Notes under the pieces: generated by a model
Databases searched by the model: none
Told to the model about the DNA's origin: nothing
The model's input: only the letters and a program-made list of their open reading frames with translations
Program-made: the position numbers and the translations under genes
In this document: in pieces, positions 51,640 to 64,000 of the stretch
Layout of the letters: each line of letters begins with the position of its first letter
Numbering within the stretch: position 1 is the first letter of the stretch
Source of the DNA: Gekko japonicus
Taxonomy: Eukaryota
Reading direction: 5' to 3'
DNA length: 64,000 bases
Assembly: GCF_001447785.1 (NCBI RefSeq)
Contig: NW_015166507.1
Coordinates: forward strand, 102,501 to 166,500

Positions 51640-53541
51640 GCGGGGAGAAGCGGCAACCGACCTGCCTCCTCCCATGGCACCGGAGGCTTGCCTTAGAGGC
51701 AGAGGGCTATTGGGGGGGGGGAATGTATCAATACCCTCGCTTTTCTCCACAACAGGGACCTAAAGTGGCTTCACTCTCCTCCATTTTATCCTCAAAACCA
51801 CCCTGTGAAGTAGGTTAGGCTGAGTGTGACTGGCCCAAGGTCCCTCAGCCGGGATTCAAACCTGCTGAGGATCTCTGTGCCGAAGGCGGCGGTAGCCGAG
51901 ACACAAACACCACCGCCGCCGCCACCCCCCAGGAGACAAAGGCCTGGAATCAGAATGAGGTAGAGGTGGTGGAAGTCATCAACTGTTGTCCTTGAATGTT
52001 CTTCCGTGTAACTCTGGGCAGGCAGAAGACTAGCCCAGCAGGGGACAAGCATGGACTATAGTCGGGCTCATTTTCTCTTCTGCAGGGAATCTCTGCCACG
52101 GGAGACTATTCAGAGACACTGCCTGGTCTTTCACCTCAGGACTCTCCCCGTTCAGTCTCTGCTGTATGAGTAGAAGCAGCCATAAAACAGCCTGCCAGTT
52201 TAGGAGTTGTCATATGGGATTTGGTGGGATCCATTCCTGAGTAAGCAGGACTCAAGATCGGGCTGCAAGACCATGTTTGCTTGTAGTTTCCAAAAAGCTG
52301 TACCCTGTGCTTCTTCCATACCCCAAGCAATATCCATCCAATAAAAGCCACAGTGGGGGAAAGACTCCATGGTCTAGGCCTGCTTATGGGAAGGGGTGTG
52401 TGTGTGTGTGCCCTGGCATCTTTCCATGTACCTCCAGTTGCAAACCTGTGCCCACTTACTTTCAAGCAAGCCCTACTGAACTCATTGGTTGAGGGGGGGG
52501 GAATTCAGCTGGGCTGCAGAAGGGCAGGGTTTTGACTCATAGAGCCACAGAGTTGGAAGGGGCCATACATGCCATCGGGTCCAACCCCCTGCTGAGTGCA
52601 GGGTCAACCTACAGCATCCCTGACAAGTTTCATCATGCTCTAGTTTGAATTAATGGTGTTTCCCCTGGTTATGAAAAGTTGCACAAATTGAGCCCAGCGG
52701 TAGGGCGGGAGAGACACAAGATCAAAATGTTAATAATTCTAGCTGAGGGAACTGGAGGGTCCCAAGTGCAAAGAATTAGGCCAAAATCTACCGTGCCACT
52801 CCGCTCGCTATCAAAGACATTGTGTGGTAGCTTGCGATAGTGCTAAAATTAGGCGGTTAATTAATGGTGTGCCCCACAGGCAGATTGTATGCTGCCCCCC
52901 TAAAAAAAGGTCTCCTTCTTTGAGCCCTGCACAGAAACCCCCTTCTCCTTTCGAGATACCACCCAATTAGGGTTAATTCTGAAACTAAACGGTATATGCT
53001 ACAATAACCTACAAAACCTAGAGTTTGGGGGGAGGGGCGTTAAGAGAGTTCTAGTCTGACGGGGAAGACGCACTTGGAAATTTGTTCAACTGCCAGCTGA
53101 AATAAATGCCAGCCAGATGCCCAGTGCCTGAGCACCATCGGGGATCCTCCGTTTGCCCACAAAACAGAAGACACCCAAGGCCTCGGTGCTGATTTGTATA
53201 TAAACGTGACTGACCTAGGGCACAGGAAGAGCCGCTGTGCGACCAAAGTGACGTGTCTGTGTGTGTATAGAGGGGCTGTGGATATGATCTAACTCCTTTT
53301 GAGCTAGATCACCTCCAGGATTGGTATGCCCGAATCTGACCACCAGAGTCCCTCAGAACTAGATGAGGTGAATTCTGGCTGAAATGGACAAAGCCAGAAG
53401 TGGAGGGAACGGGGAGATGACGGTTACAAATTAGCAGAGAAAGAAAACCTGCAGAAGACAGCCAGATCTGACTCTCCAGCCAAGGAGCAACACAAAACAT
53501 TTCCCAGCACAGGCCCACCATCCAGGAAGGAGGATCCCAGG

Positions 53542-53749
53542 CAATGCTCCCTCTAAGCGGTGGAGTCTTGTGAGCAAAAATTCTACTTTGTGAGCTACTG
53601 GCGTTAAAAGTTGTGAGTGAGCAATTTGGCTACTGCATAAATTAGTTTGCTCTGGAGCCATCCCTTCCTGAGCTAAGGCAAAAATCTGTGAGCAGGAGGC
53701 TAAAAAACTGTGAGCTAGCTCACACTAACTCGGCTTAGAGGGAACACTG
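53542..53749 (-). mobile_element. hAT MITE family A
   Basis: TSD ATCCCAGG. Confidence 0.88.
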
Positions 53750-53875
53750 ATCCCAGGTAACCACCTCCCTTCCCTCAGCAAGTATCACGGCCCCTGGCAT
53801 CAGAGGGGAAAACACAGTTTACCCGAACATGAAAAGACATTTTGATTTCCACTATTTAAGCAGCTTTGTTTTTAG

Positions 53876-53881
53876 TTTATT
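53876..53881 (-). terminator. Candidate RANBP3 poly(A) signal (implies a 3'UTR of about 2.9 kb)
   Basis: AATAAA on the minus strand at the end of a transposon-poor stretch following the stop codon. Confidence 0.4.
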
Positions 53882-56782
53882 ATGTGGGTCATCGGCGGGT
53901 TTGTGAAATATTAAAACCCACTTGTGATTTATAGTCAGACTAAAACAAAATCACATTTGGTTGCAGTTGCCTCTGTTTAGAGATGGGCTACCTCTGTATG
54001 TAGAAGTTCCAATAAGCCTTCGCAGGTAAAAGACTTCCCTGTATTTACCTAATCCCTTCTAGCAGCCATCGGTAGTCAGCTGTGCATCTTGTAGCTGTGA
54101 GTTCCACGTGCTGTGAAGAAAAATTCCACACAAAAGCCAACAGAGCTTCCTCATGCCAAAGAAACAGCAGGAACGCTTTGTTACAAGTTTTAATGTAATT
54201 CCCAAATACATCTGATATGACCGTCTTACAGAAATCTTCCAAAACACACGGGCGTTGTCTGGTTTTTACTTGTCACTAGCTGGCTACACCTTGAAGCAGA
54301 AAAGAAAGGAAATAAAGTCAGTTTCTGGCCCATCTGACCACCCCCATCCCCAGAAAGCCCCTAGAGGAGTCTTGGGACTCGCCGAGGTGCCCCGAATAGG
54401 GTCCACAGCTGCTCCGGAATCAACGTGGAATCTCTCCTCCTTTGCATGGCCTGAGGGCAGCCGGCTGGATCCAAACTGCCACGTCCAAAGTAGCTGCCAG
54501 GTTTGTAAGAATGAAGTCTGTGGGGAATCCTTTCGACATCCAAATATTAAAAGTTCCGAGGGAACCGGCAGGTAACCCCTGCAGCGGCCTTCTGCTGACT
54601 CCCGCGCGGGCACTCGCTCACTCCCACAACGCTTCCACACATGTGCGCACGTACTAAAAATAACCCCATGACAATCCCAGATGTTCCAACGAAGCAGACA
54701 CCCCCCCATCCCACCCCTAACACATCCCTGCTATGCCAGAGTAAACTGATTTAGGGGCTTGCTTCCCTCCCCCCATTAAATACTAGACATCAGAATGCTC
54801 TCACCTGCTTCAGTTCACCAGTTTAAAGCTGTCTAAAAGGTTCCGTCTCCTTGATACAAGAGTCTCCCACCCCCACCCACCCCATACTCAACAGACCAGT
54901 GCCCCACCGGTTCACAGTTCAGCCAGACTCTGCTTCTACTTTGGAGCTGGCTGGTTTCTCCCTCTGTGGGGGGGAAAAAAATTCAACAGGAGGAGTTTGG
55001 AGAAGGAAGTCCAATGTACAGACACAGCCAAACCTGCTACTTTCTCTCTCTCTCTCTCTGCCTAGCCAGAAGAACTGGTTAGCTCCAGGACAGCTTTCCG
55101 AAAAGGGAAGTCAGGTCTGCTGGAGACGGGGGTGGGGTGGGGGGACAGCTAACCCTGGTCACCCCCACATGTCCTTTCATCAAGGCAGGGGAGGGGGGGG
55201 GAGAGCCAAAACAGATCTACTCGAACAATGTCGGGGGTGGGAAGCCCACACAGAATACAAAGCTGCTGAAATTTCTGGGCAAAAAGGGACCGCGCATGTT
55301 ACTGCCTTGGTTTGGGAAAGGACAAGATGTTGGCAAAGGTGGCTGGCGAGGACCCCATGAGAGAGGACCGCCCATGCCCTCCCCCTGCAAGGGCTTCTCC
55401 ACGGCTGACTCCAGAGGCCTGAAGATGCCACAATCCCATGTCAGCTGGTAATGGGGGGGGGGTGCCTGCTGCATATGGGGGGGCCGCTCTGGGCATCCAG
55501 CCAGGGGGCCTTTGCCTTAAAGATGCTGCCCACACCACAGGGCTTATCTGGGTAACCAAGACAAAGCCTGTCATGGTTCTTTCGGAGGCCGGCAGCTTCT
55601 GGAAAAGAGGCTGGCAGGAAGGTTCGGCAGGGCACTGCCCCGCCCCTTCGATTTAGGCAGAAACGAAAGCCCCTCACTGAGCAGGGGGTGGGGGGGTGGA
55701 GGCTCATAGTGAGAGAAGGGGACTTCGGTGTGTCTCAGCAGCGGGCCCTGCTTCGGCAAACTAGTGTCTGTGTTCTTGAAAAGTCGAGACAGCTGTGTCC
55801 CACTCAGCCATTAAGCACGGTGGCAAGACTGGGAGGTTACTAGGCAGGAACAACACACAGCCTGGTACGTTAACACCTGTTTTGTGTGTGTGTGTGTGGG
55901 TGTGCGGACACACACACAGCTAGAGTGGCTTGGCTCTCCCTTAAATAGTAACAGAAAAGAACAGTACAAAACTGAAGGGCGCTCATTTGCTCATCACACT
56001 AGAGTATCTTATACAAAACTAAAATTAAAAAAAAAGTTATTGTCACAATAGAAGTCCCAAATAATAACAAGGAAAAGGGGCTGTTAGCATCCCCCCCCTC
56101 CCCTGGCTGAAAGTCTCTTCCAAGCTCAGGAAACCGCTGTCCAGATCTTGTGTGTAATCTGTGTGTGTGTGTGTGTGGGGACACAATCAAAACACAGAAG
56201 GGGGCCTGTCAGGCAAGCAGCGCTTCCAGGCATCCGCAGAGTTCCTTGGGGTTGGAAGTCGGAAGAGACGAGGGCAACGAAGTGTCTTGCGGTTTGCAAT
56301 CCAAAGGAGAGCGGGAGGGCGGGAGCAGCCAGAACCCAGGTGGGGGGGGGGGGCACCGGGAGGGCTGGGAAAGATGAACGCAAGGAGGGGCTGCCCGGGA
56401 AGGTTCCGTGGTGGGGAGGAGAGCCAGGAGATCCTGCAAACAGGCTGTGGTGAGTCACACGATGCCTTAACAAGTAATAGCAAGTGCAGGGTGGGGAGAG
56501 GGTTATTTCTTCCCACTCATCAATATGATGAGCATTGGTGTCCCCAAACCACATCCAGCGAATTTTGTCCAAAGTCTGCTGTTTTTCTCTCTCTCTCTCT
56601 CTCTTTTTTTTTTTAATATGGAATCGACCGATCCAGCTCCCCAAAAAATCCAACACAAAAAAACCAGAACAGGGATGCAGAGTTTATATGTCTTGGTGCC
56701 TCGATGGCTGGCCTGGGGCAGGACATTCCACCAGAAGGTCTTGGCTGCCGCAGCTCTGGCCAGGCGGAGGGGCTCATGGCCG

Positions 56783-56826
56783 CTATGTGCTCCCTCCCGT
56801 TTGTCCGTCACCTTCGTCGGGGGGGC
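56783..56826 (-). CDS. RANBP3: RANBP3 last coding exon
   Basis: ctgcag acceptor; GPPDEGDGQTGGST* ending in TAG. Confidence 0.88.
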
Positions 56827-59800
56827 CTGCAGTGAACACAAGGAACCTCGTGAGACTCTGCAGAAGGGCCTTCACAGCGCTGTGCACGGCAGGGTGGCCT
56901 CACACCCACCCCTTGTAGGACCCTCCCTCCTGGCCTACCCCAGGCCTCAGAAGCTGGTGATGGGTGAAAACACTGCTACACAAAGCAATTTCCAACACTA
57001 ACAAGAAACAAAATTTTGATCAGAAAGTACAACCAAATAGTGCACCAAAGGTCACAAACCATCTCGTCCAGCCACAGAGCAGCCAACCAGTTGCCCCAGA
57101 GGACCAGCAACAGGGCACAGAAGCCAGGGCCTTCTGATGTTGTCCCCTAGCACGGGTAACTTGAGATGCACTGCCTCTGGGCATGGAGGCTCCTGTTAGT
57201 TATCGTGGCTGGTGGCCGTTGATGGACCCTCTCCTCCGTGAACTTAAGCCGCTTGTGCATCATAACATCCAACGGCCATGAATTCCACAATTCAATTACT
57301 CAGTGAGTGAAGAACTACTCCCTTTACCTGCTCTATCGTCTTCACTGAATTCTAGTATCATGGGGGAGAGAGGAAAAAATTTAACCCATGCACAGTTTTA
57401 TAAAACTCAGCCTCATCCCCGCTCAGTCATCTTCCTTCTCGACTGCAAAGCCCCCAAGCGCCTTTCCTGAATCACCTCAGCTGGCCTCCTCTGCACATTT
57501 CCCAGCGCTGCGATACCATTTTTGAAATCCAGCAACCAGAACCACACACAGGTCCTCCAACTGTGGGTGCAGCGCAAGGGAATTACAATTCTGGCTGTTT
57601 CATTTTCAGTCCCTTTCCTAATAATTCCCAGTGTGGGGTTTGCCTTTTTAACTGCCGCCACACACTGGGGTGACATTTTCACTGAGGTTTCCACTGTGAC
57701 CCCTAGATCTCTTTCAGTCTTGGCTTCAGCCAGTTCGACACCCATAAGCAGCTGGGATTTTCTGCTCCAGTTTGCATCACCTTACCCTTACTAGCACTGC
57801 ACTTCATTTTGCCATGTGATTGCCCATTCGTACATTTTTGCTCGGTCCGCCTGTGCCCTCTTCAATCTGCTTTGGGTATCATCCTGAATAATCTTGTCGT
57901 CATCTGCAGACCTGGCCACTGGGCTGCTCTCACCCCCCAGTTCCAAATAATTTATGAACCAACAAAACAGCACCAGTCCCAGGACTGATCCTCGAGGGAC
58001 CCCCACTGCTCACTTCCCTCCACTACAAGAAATGTCCACTTATTCCTGTTCTGCTCCCTGTTTAGCTGATTTTTAGTCCATAACAGGACCAGTCCCTTTC
58101 TCCTACGACTGCTAACTTACTCAAGAGTCTTTGGTGAGGCATGCTAGGACCCCAGGCAGCAGCTCCAAATCAAAGGAGTCTGATTGCTTCACATTCCAGC
58201 TCTTTCCTCCATCCTCAGTGCTGTTTTATTCTTCCCAGAAAGGGAACGGTTGGGTGGGAAAGGCTGCTGCTGCTCTCCCCGAAAGGGGAAGGAGAAGAAA
58301 GTGAGGCAGCAGCACCTCAGGGGGGGCGGGCAGAAAGGCAAGAGGGACCTTTAATTGTCATAAGAACAGAAGAACATAAGAGAAGCCAATGTCGGATCAG
58401 GCCAATGGCCCATCTAGTCCAACATTCTGTCACACAGTGGCCAAAAATACCAGGTGCCACCAGGAGGTCCAGTAGTGGGGCCAGAGAGCATCTGGCTGCT
58501 CAGTAGCACCATTCTGCTCAGCATGGTTCTAAATGATGCCTTTTATGCTGCTAGAGCAGTGCAATTAAAGTTAATGCTTGGTAGGGAAGTACTGCATATA
58601 GTCCCATTCCCCCCCCAAGTTTCTGTATTTCCTTTGGGGTGGGGTGGGGTGGGGGAGAACAGGAAAAAAAACTCCCCTTATGGCTTCCCATTTTTGGGAA
58701 ACGTTTCCTTTCTAGGAGCTCCCCCACAGCCGCTCAGGCCTGCTCACCACTTCCAGGTGATCCTGAAGGGGCCAGGCCATCGTCATCGTCACTGTCTTCC
58801 TCGTTCGACTGGGTCACCTCCGGCTCCGGGGCTGAGTTTTTGGCCTCTTGCTCCTGCTCCACACGACTCCGCAAGGCCAGGATCCGGTGGTGCAAGGCAG
58901 CATAGAGTTGTCCTGTGTCTTTAGAACTTGCCTGTGGTTCCAAAAGCAAAGCCCCATTTGGGATCAAACACCTTCCCCCCAAGTCAAGGTGATGCGACAG
59001 AAAATTAAGGAGCTCCAAAGGTAAAAGGTAAAGGTTTCCCGTGCTCGAAAGCCAGTCGAAGCCGACTCTAGGGGGCAGTGCTCATCTCTGTTTCCAAGTC
59101 AAAGAGCCAGCGCTGTCGGAGACGTTTCCGAGATCATGCGGCCAGCATGACTAGACACCGAGGCACACGGAACACTGTTACCTTCCCACCGAAGCGGGAA
59201 GGTATTTATCTACTTGCAATTTCTTGCTTTCGAACTGCTAGGTTGGCAGGAGCTGGGGCCAGAGAGGGGAGCTCACTCTGTCACGCGGCACTAGGGTCTC
59301 GAACTGCTGAACTACAGACCTTCTGGTCTGCAGCTCAGCGTCTTAACCTCTGAGCCACCGTGGCCCCTTAGGGAGCCGTCCCCCTTTTAAAGGCTAGGGA
59401 GCTTGAACTTCTGGAAAAGGGGGGACTGTAAGCAGCTGTTCGCCAGGAAAGCCAAACAGGACCTCCATGTTCAGGGAGAGTCTGTCCTGAATACCAGAGA
59501 ACAGGGTGGGGCCATTGCCTGTCAACTTCCCGCAGGGATCTGGATGGGGCGCTGGATGAGAGGGATTCTTCTTCTGGTGCAGCCCTTTCACCTGCACCTT
59601 CCTGCCAAGCCATCATCTGCAACCTGACCAGTCAGGACAGATGGCCCCGTTTGGAGAAGACCTCCCTCCAAGGACCAGGTACAGAAGCGCTCCACTCAGC
59701 TTCTGGCTGGCCCCCATCAGGAGACAAAGAACAGACCCACGTGGACTCCTGGTCCAACCCAAAGCGGCCATGCTTAACACCAGCCGGCCCTTCTCCACCC

Positions 59801-61874
59801 CTGCAGTCACTGGGCTGGATTCCATGGATCTCTTCTGCTACCCCAGCAGAGGGAGCCTTCCCCTGAGGCAGAGAGCCCCTCCTGGGTCAAGGGAAGTCTC
59901 TCTGCGCTGGAAGGAAGTGTCACAGCCAGTGTTCCCTCTAAGCTGAGTTGGCGTGAGCCAGCTCACAGTTTTTTAGCCTCCGGCTCACACACTTTTGTCT
60001 TAGCTCAAGAAGGATGGCTCCGGAGCAAACTAATTTATGCAGTAGCCACATCATTTGCTCACAACTTTAATGCCAAAAGCTCACAAAGCAGAATTTTTGC
60101 TCACAAGACTCCACGACTTAGAGGGAACATTGGTCACAGCTAAGCAGAATGAATGGAGGAGATCCACGGCTGTTATGGCAAAGGCAAAAGCCCGTCTCCA
60201 GTGAAAATGCAAACGACACGCTCGGACGGTGAGGAGGGGTGTGAAGACGATAAGCTGCCGCACCCGCCCATCTTACCGAGATGAGAAACACTTTGACTCC
60301 CTGGTCTTCCGTGTCCATGGCGGTGATCCGGATGCTCTTCTCGCTGGCCTTGTCGATTTGCATCTGTGCCCAAAGCTTGGTGTTCAGGATGAGCCGCAGG
60401 CTGCCCTGTGTCCTCATGACTGGGCAGGGATGAGAACAGAGCTGGCTAAGCTAGCAAAGCCATGGCAGGCCTCCAGCCCTGTCCCCCACTCCACCCTCTT
60501 CGGCCCGGGAGCACCCGAGGGTGTGCGCCGAGACCCAGCCCCTCTCCTTTCAATGGGCTCCCGGGAACCCAAACCCCACAGGGGTGGCTCTCTGCACAAT
60601 ACTGGTGACTGCTGGCCACAGACAGTGTGGGGAGGCACACATCCCAGGAGGATGCTAGATGATCAGGCCGGCCTCTCTGCTCTTCACGTTTCGCAAGTGT
60701 TATTTCTCGGGCCTCCCCCCTGAATCCTGAGCCTTGGCCCTGGAGGGGAACGTTTCGCCACCAGCTGCGCAGCTCTCCGAACCAGCCCACGCCTGCCTGG
60801 CCAGGCTTCCCTCGCCCACGGACGAGGCTGCAGGTGGGCTCGCCCTTGTGTGTGGGCAGGCTGGCCAATTAGAGAAGGCTGTGGGCTAACCACTTGGTGG
60901 GGCTTTCTGGCTGCCCTGCCCTGCCCTGCAGCTAGATGGGAATTCCTCTCCAGGTCACGCAGCTGGAGGGCCATTGCAGGAGACCCCCCCCCCCAGGCAG
61001 ACAGATGCCTCCTGGACTCGGCCTGGCGGTAAATGCCTGTCTCCTGCTGAGCCACCGTTGGTCTCCTCACTGCTGCTGTCTTACCCAGGCGCGACTGCAG
61101 TGTCCCGTCGTCAGTGGACGCCATGTCGTTCAACCTCAGGAGCCCTCGGCCCCTTTCCACCCACGACTGAGAGGTCTTGTCAAAGACAAACAGCTTGCAC
61201 TGGATCTGCAACAGAAAAAGGAGCTCCCTTGTCAAGGATCTTCATGGAGGAGAGGAGGTGAGAAGAAGGTCACGCCGCTTGAGCGTGCTGGACAGCCCAG
61301 GAGGTCACCTGTGGCTCTTGGCAAGGGAGTTTTTGGTTCTTGGCTTCAGCTGGGGCTGGATCCTTTCCACTAGCAAAGGTGCTCCCCCCCCCCCTTAGCC
61401 AGAGAAAGATGCCCTGGAACTCAGGGACCCTTCAGGAAAGCCTCCTGTACTGGGGTACCAGAAGAGGCAGCATCTCCTCACAGGGCAGACCCCGTAACTT
61501 CATCAGTGACTGTTTTCAATGACGGCACAGTGGAACTGCCATGTTCAGGGGAAGTCTACCTCTGAATACCCTTTGCCAGTGGAGGAGGAGAGACTGGCCC
61601 TTGTGGATTATCCAGAAACGGGACACTGGACTAGAAGGATCTTTGGCCTCAGGCAACGCATCGGGTAAAGAGCAGACAGGTGTCCGACAGGCTCGCCAAA
61701 GGAGCCAAACAACTACGATGAGAAGGCAGTGCTGCCCAGGAAGTCTAGTCTTTGGGCCTCTTCTTACAGATTCCTGTGCTTGAAAGCCTCCCAGGTCCTA
61801 CGGCAAGCATCCACGGCAACGAAGCACCTGCCCCTTGACAATGCCCAGGACCCCTTCGATCAGCTCCAAGGACA

Positions 61875-61928
<54 letters not shown>

Positions 61929-63215
61929 GGAGAAGGGAGGCCACTGACTGCAACTACCAAGGACGTGCTTCCACCTTCGCCAGCCTCACCTGCAGGACGT
62001 TACTTTCTGCTTCCTCCCCTGTGATCACTTCTACCTTCTCCAGCAGACACTTCCTGGCAGTTGCTTTCGTGTACGCTGCGGCAGATTCAGCCAGCGACTC
62101 TGAAATGTTATTGGCTGAACAAAATTTTGCAAATTTATTTTTTGGGGGGGAGGCCCCCTCCCGAATACTACAAAGCTCTTAACATTTTCACACACACCAC
62201 ACACACCCCACACACCCCGGGCCAATGCTTTGCTCCCTAAATTTCCACCTCTTGGACCAGGCCTGAAGCGAGAAGATGCTCTCTCGCTACGGTTCTTTTA
62301 TCAGCAAGGAATGCAGATCGGCCAGCCCCTCACAACCACCTGCCCAGAGCAAAGGAAGGAAAGATGGAAACTAGCAGCAAAGGATTCTGGGAGCTTGTCT
62401 TATTTGATAGCTATGGGTTTTGTCCTGTAACTGGCACAAGAACTAGCAGAGGAGGAAGGCTGAGTCTCTGAAGAACTAGGTGGGCAACCAGTCTCTTTCT
62501 CTGGCAACACCACCTCACCCCTTCCTTCAACACCCTCCTGTCCTGATGCAGGCTGGCCCATGGCTACTGCTCCTCCTCCTCCTGATTTACAAGCCTCAGC
62601 AGGCAGAAAACCCCTCACTCCCACCACCTTGGGTTTCTTGCAGGGAGCAGGGCTAGATGGAATCAAGGACCCCCTTGCTGCTCCTTCGCCTGGAACCTCC
62701 TCCCGAAACAACCGCCTGGCAACACCTTCCTCACTTCCTACAAATCCCGCCTTTGACCAAGCAATAGTCCTCCCCCTGGAGTGAAACTAAACTGGAATGA
62801 ATGGTGATTGTTCTTCCCCCACCCCTTCCTTCCATGATTGTTGTCTTCCTCCTTTTCTGAATTTTGCAGGCTCCCGGTCCTTTAAATCCTGGGGGCTGCC
62901 CAGCATCCTGGTGGCCCTCAGCAAGGCTCACCAAATCTCGCCTTAGCCGCTCCTGCCAGCAAGCAGGCAGAGGGTTTCCAGAAACCGCCTGTTCAGCGCT
63001 CTCCAAGAGCTGCTGGGCAAGCAGGGGGAGTTGGAGGCTCCGGCAGGCTCAGCCACACAGGACTCCGTTTTAAGGCCAACGGGAAGGCCCCAGAGCGGGT
63101 TTGGGCACTTACCCTTTTCCGGAGTGGCTTCCTGCGAGGAGGATTCAGAGCCAGAATCCCCGGCGGTGTTCTCCTTGTTACTGTCTGTGCCAGGCTCGCT
63201 CAGTTTGGGTGGACT
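56783..63215 (-). CDS. RANBP3: Ran-binding protein 3, 3' part (RanBD domain); exons 63113-63215, 61990-62114, 61085-61205, 60277-60419, 58748-58931, 56783-56826; 5' part off the right edge
   Basis: SPPKLSEPGTDSNKENTAGDSGSESSSQEATPEK-ANNISESLAESAAAYTKATARKCLLEKVEVITGEEAESNVLQ-IQCKLFVFDKTSQSWVERGRGLLRLNDMASTDDGTLQSRL-VMRTQGSLRLILNTKLWAQMQIDKASEKSIRITAMDTEDQGVKVFLIS-ASSKDTGQLYAALHHRILALRSRVEQEQEAK...-GPPDEGDGQTGGST*; GT-AG introns, phases agree. Confidence 0.96.
57057..58140 (-). mobile_element. Degraded CR1 LINE
   Basis: GVPRGSVLGLVLF..FINYL and ERDLGVTV...QCVAAVKKAN.TLGIIRKG, CR1 RT motifs. Confidence 0.8.
58748..58931 (-). CDS. RANBP3: RANBP3 exon (ASSKDTGQ...SPGS)
   Basis: ccacag acceptor, GTGAGC donor. 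Confidence 0.94.
59017..59364 (-). mobile_element. Sauria SINE, full length
   Basis: As the other copies. Confidence 0.85.
59927..60132 (+). mobile_element. hAT MITE family A
   Basis: TSD GTCACAGC. Confidence 0.9.
60277..60419 (-). CDS. RANBP3: RANBP3 exon (VMRTQGSL...FLIS)
   Basis: cccag acceptor, GTAAGA donor. Confidence 0.95.
61085..61205 (-). CDS. RANBP3: RANBP3 exon (IQCKLFVFDK...QSRL)
   Basis: ttgcag acceptor, GTAAGA donor. Confidence 0.95.
61880..61928. repeat. (CA)n microsatellite
   Basis: Directly visible. Confidence 0.95.
61990..62114 (-). CDS. RANBP3: RANBP3 exon (ANNISESLAES...SNVLQ); alternative start at 62099
   Basis: Two in-frame AG acceptors 15 nt apart; GTGAGG donor. Confidence 0.92.
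63113..63215 (-). CDS. RANBP3: RANBP3 exon (SPPKL...ATPEK)
   Basis: ctgcag acceptor, GTAAGT donor. Confidence 0.92.
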
Positions 63216-64000
63216 CTGCAGGGGAGGAAAGGCGCAGATGTCAAAGCCTGAAGCACTGAGCACAAGACCTCCCTTCGGGCCGGGGACCCCGCTTCGAGGC
63301 AAATTATTACAACTTGCAAGAAACAGTGACAGCAGAGGTCAGGGGTTGATTTTTTTTAAGCTGCCTTTTCTCAAGTTGGTTTCAGCTGCATTTAATTGTG
63401 TTAGTGTTTTAAGATGTCGAGGTCTCTGGGTAGTTTTTAATCTGGTTTGTTTTTAATTGCTTGGAGCAATGAGGGGGAAATGGCATAAAAATGTAAATTA
63501 ATGAATGTGAACAAAAATTTAAACACATTTCCAAAAAAATCAGCTGTATTTGTCTTGCATCCAACATAAGGAAAGGTCTTGGGGCAACTTCAAAAGACTA
63601 ACATAGCCTGTGGCCGAAATTCTTGTGGGCCAGAAAGCCTGTTTGGTGCCCTCAGGTGGGAGGCACACCTGCCCACTTAAAGCACAGCCAGGGAAAAAAG
63701 CAAATCAGCAGAAACTTAAAGAGACCCTCAACATTTTTACACTCCCCCCAATCCCTCTCCCTTTTGCCTCCCCAACAAGCACAACCCATTCCACCAGTGA
63801 GGGCTCAGAGACCCTTGTATACAGCCAAGTACCCTAACCCTGTGTGCACAACAAGGGTCTGGGGATTGGGGTCCTACTCCCAATGGCTGCATTAGAGGAG
63901 GAACAAAAGAGATCCCTTTTGTCAAAGGAGCAGGAATTGCCAAGTCACTTGGAGCTAGGGTTGCCAAGTACTTACCGCAATCCGGTGGGGGACAATACAT

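Overview
Eukaryotic vertebrate DNA, from a squamate reptile and probably a gecko, judged from Sauria, Squam2, Squam3 and 5S SINE-like repeats; the assembly has several N gaps. Five spliced protein-coding genes were reconstructed by hand with canonical GT-AG boundaries and consistent phases. (1) SLC1A6/EAAT4-like glutamate transporter, minus strand: five 5' coding exons, with the 3' part off the left edge. (2) NDUFA11, minus, complete, 135 aa. (3) VMAC, plus, complete, 183 aa, head-to-head with NDUFA11 on a CpG-island promoter. (4) CAPS/calcyphosine, plus, complete, 188 aa. (5) RANBP3, minus: last six coding exons, with the 5' part off the right edge. Introns and intergenic DNA are dense with SINEs, CR1/L2/L1/RTE-X-like LINE fragments, hAT and Harbinger MITEs with target-site duplications, Penelope-like hairpins and a decayed Ty3/gypsy remnant. 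I found no convincing new multi-gene system. The best leads are an exact 116-bp duplication of the VMAC exon-1 end and splice donor, altered EF-hand loops in CAPS, RFX X-box motifs upstream of CAPS, a candidate RE1 site in SLC1A6, the SLC1A6-NDUFA11 adjacency with no FUT gene between them, a recent hAT MITE burst, and a fold-back element with a hammerhead-like core. Family names and comparisons to human or mouse are from recalled knowledge, not database searches.
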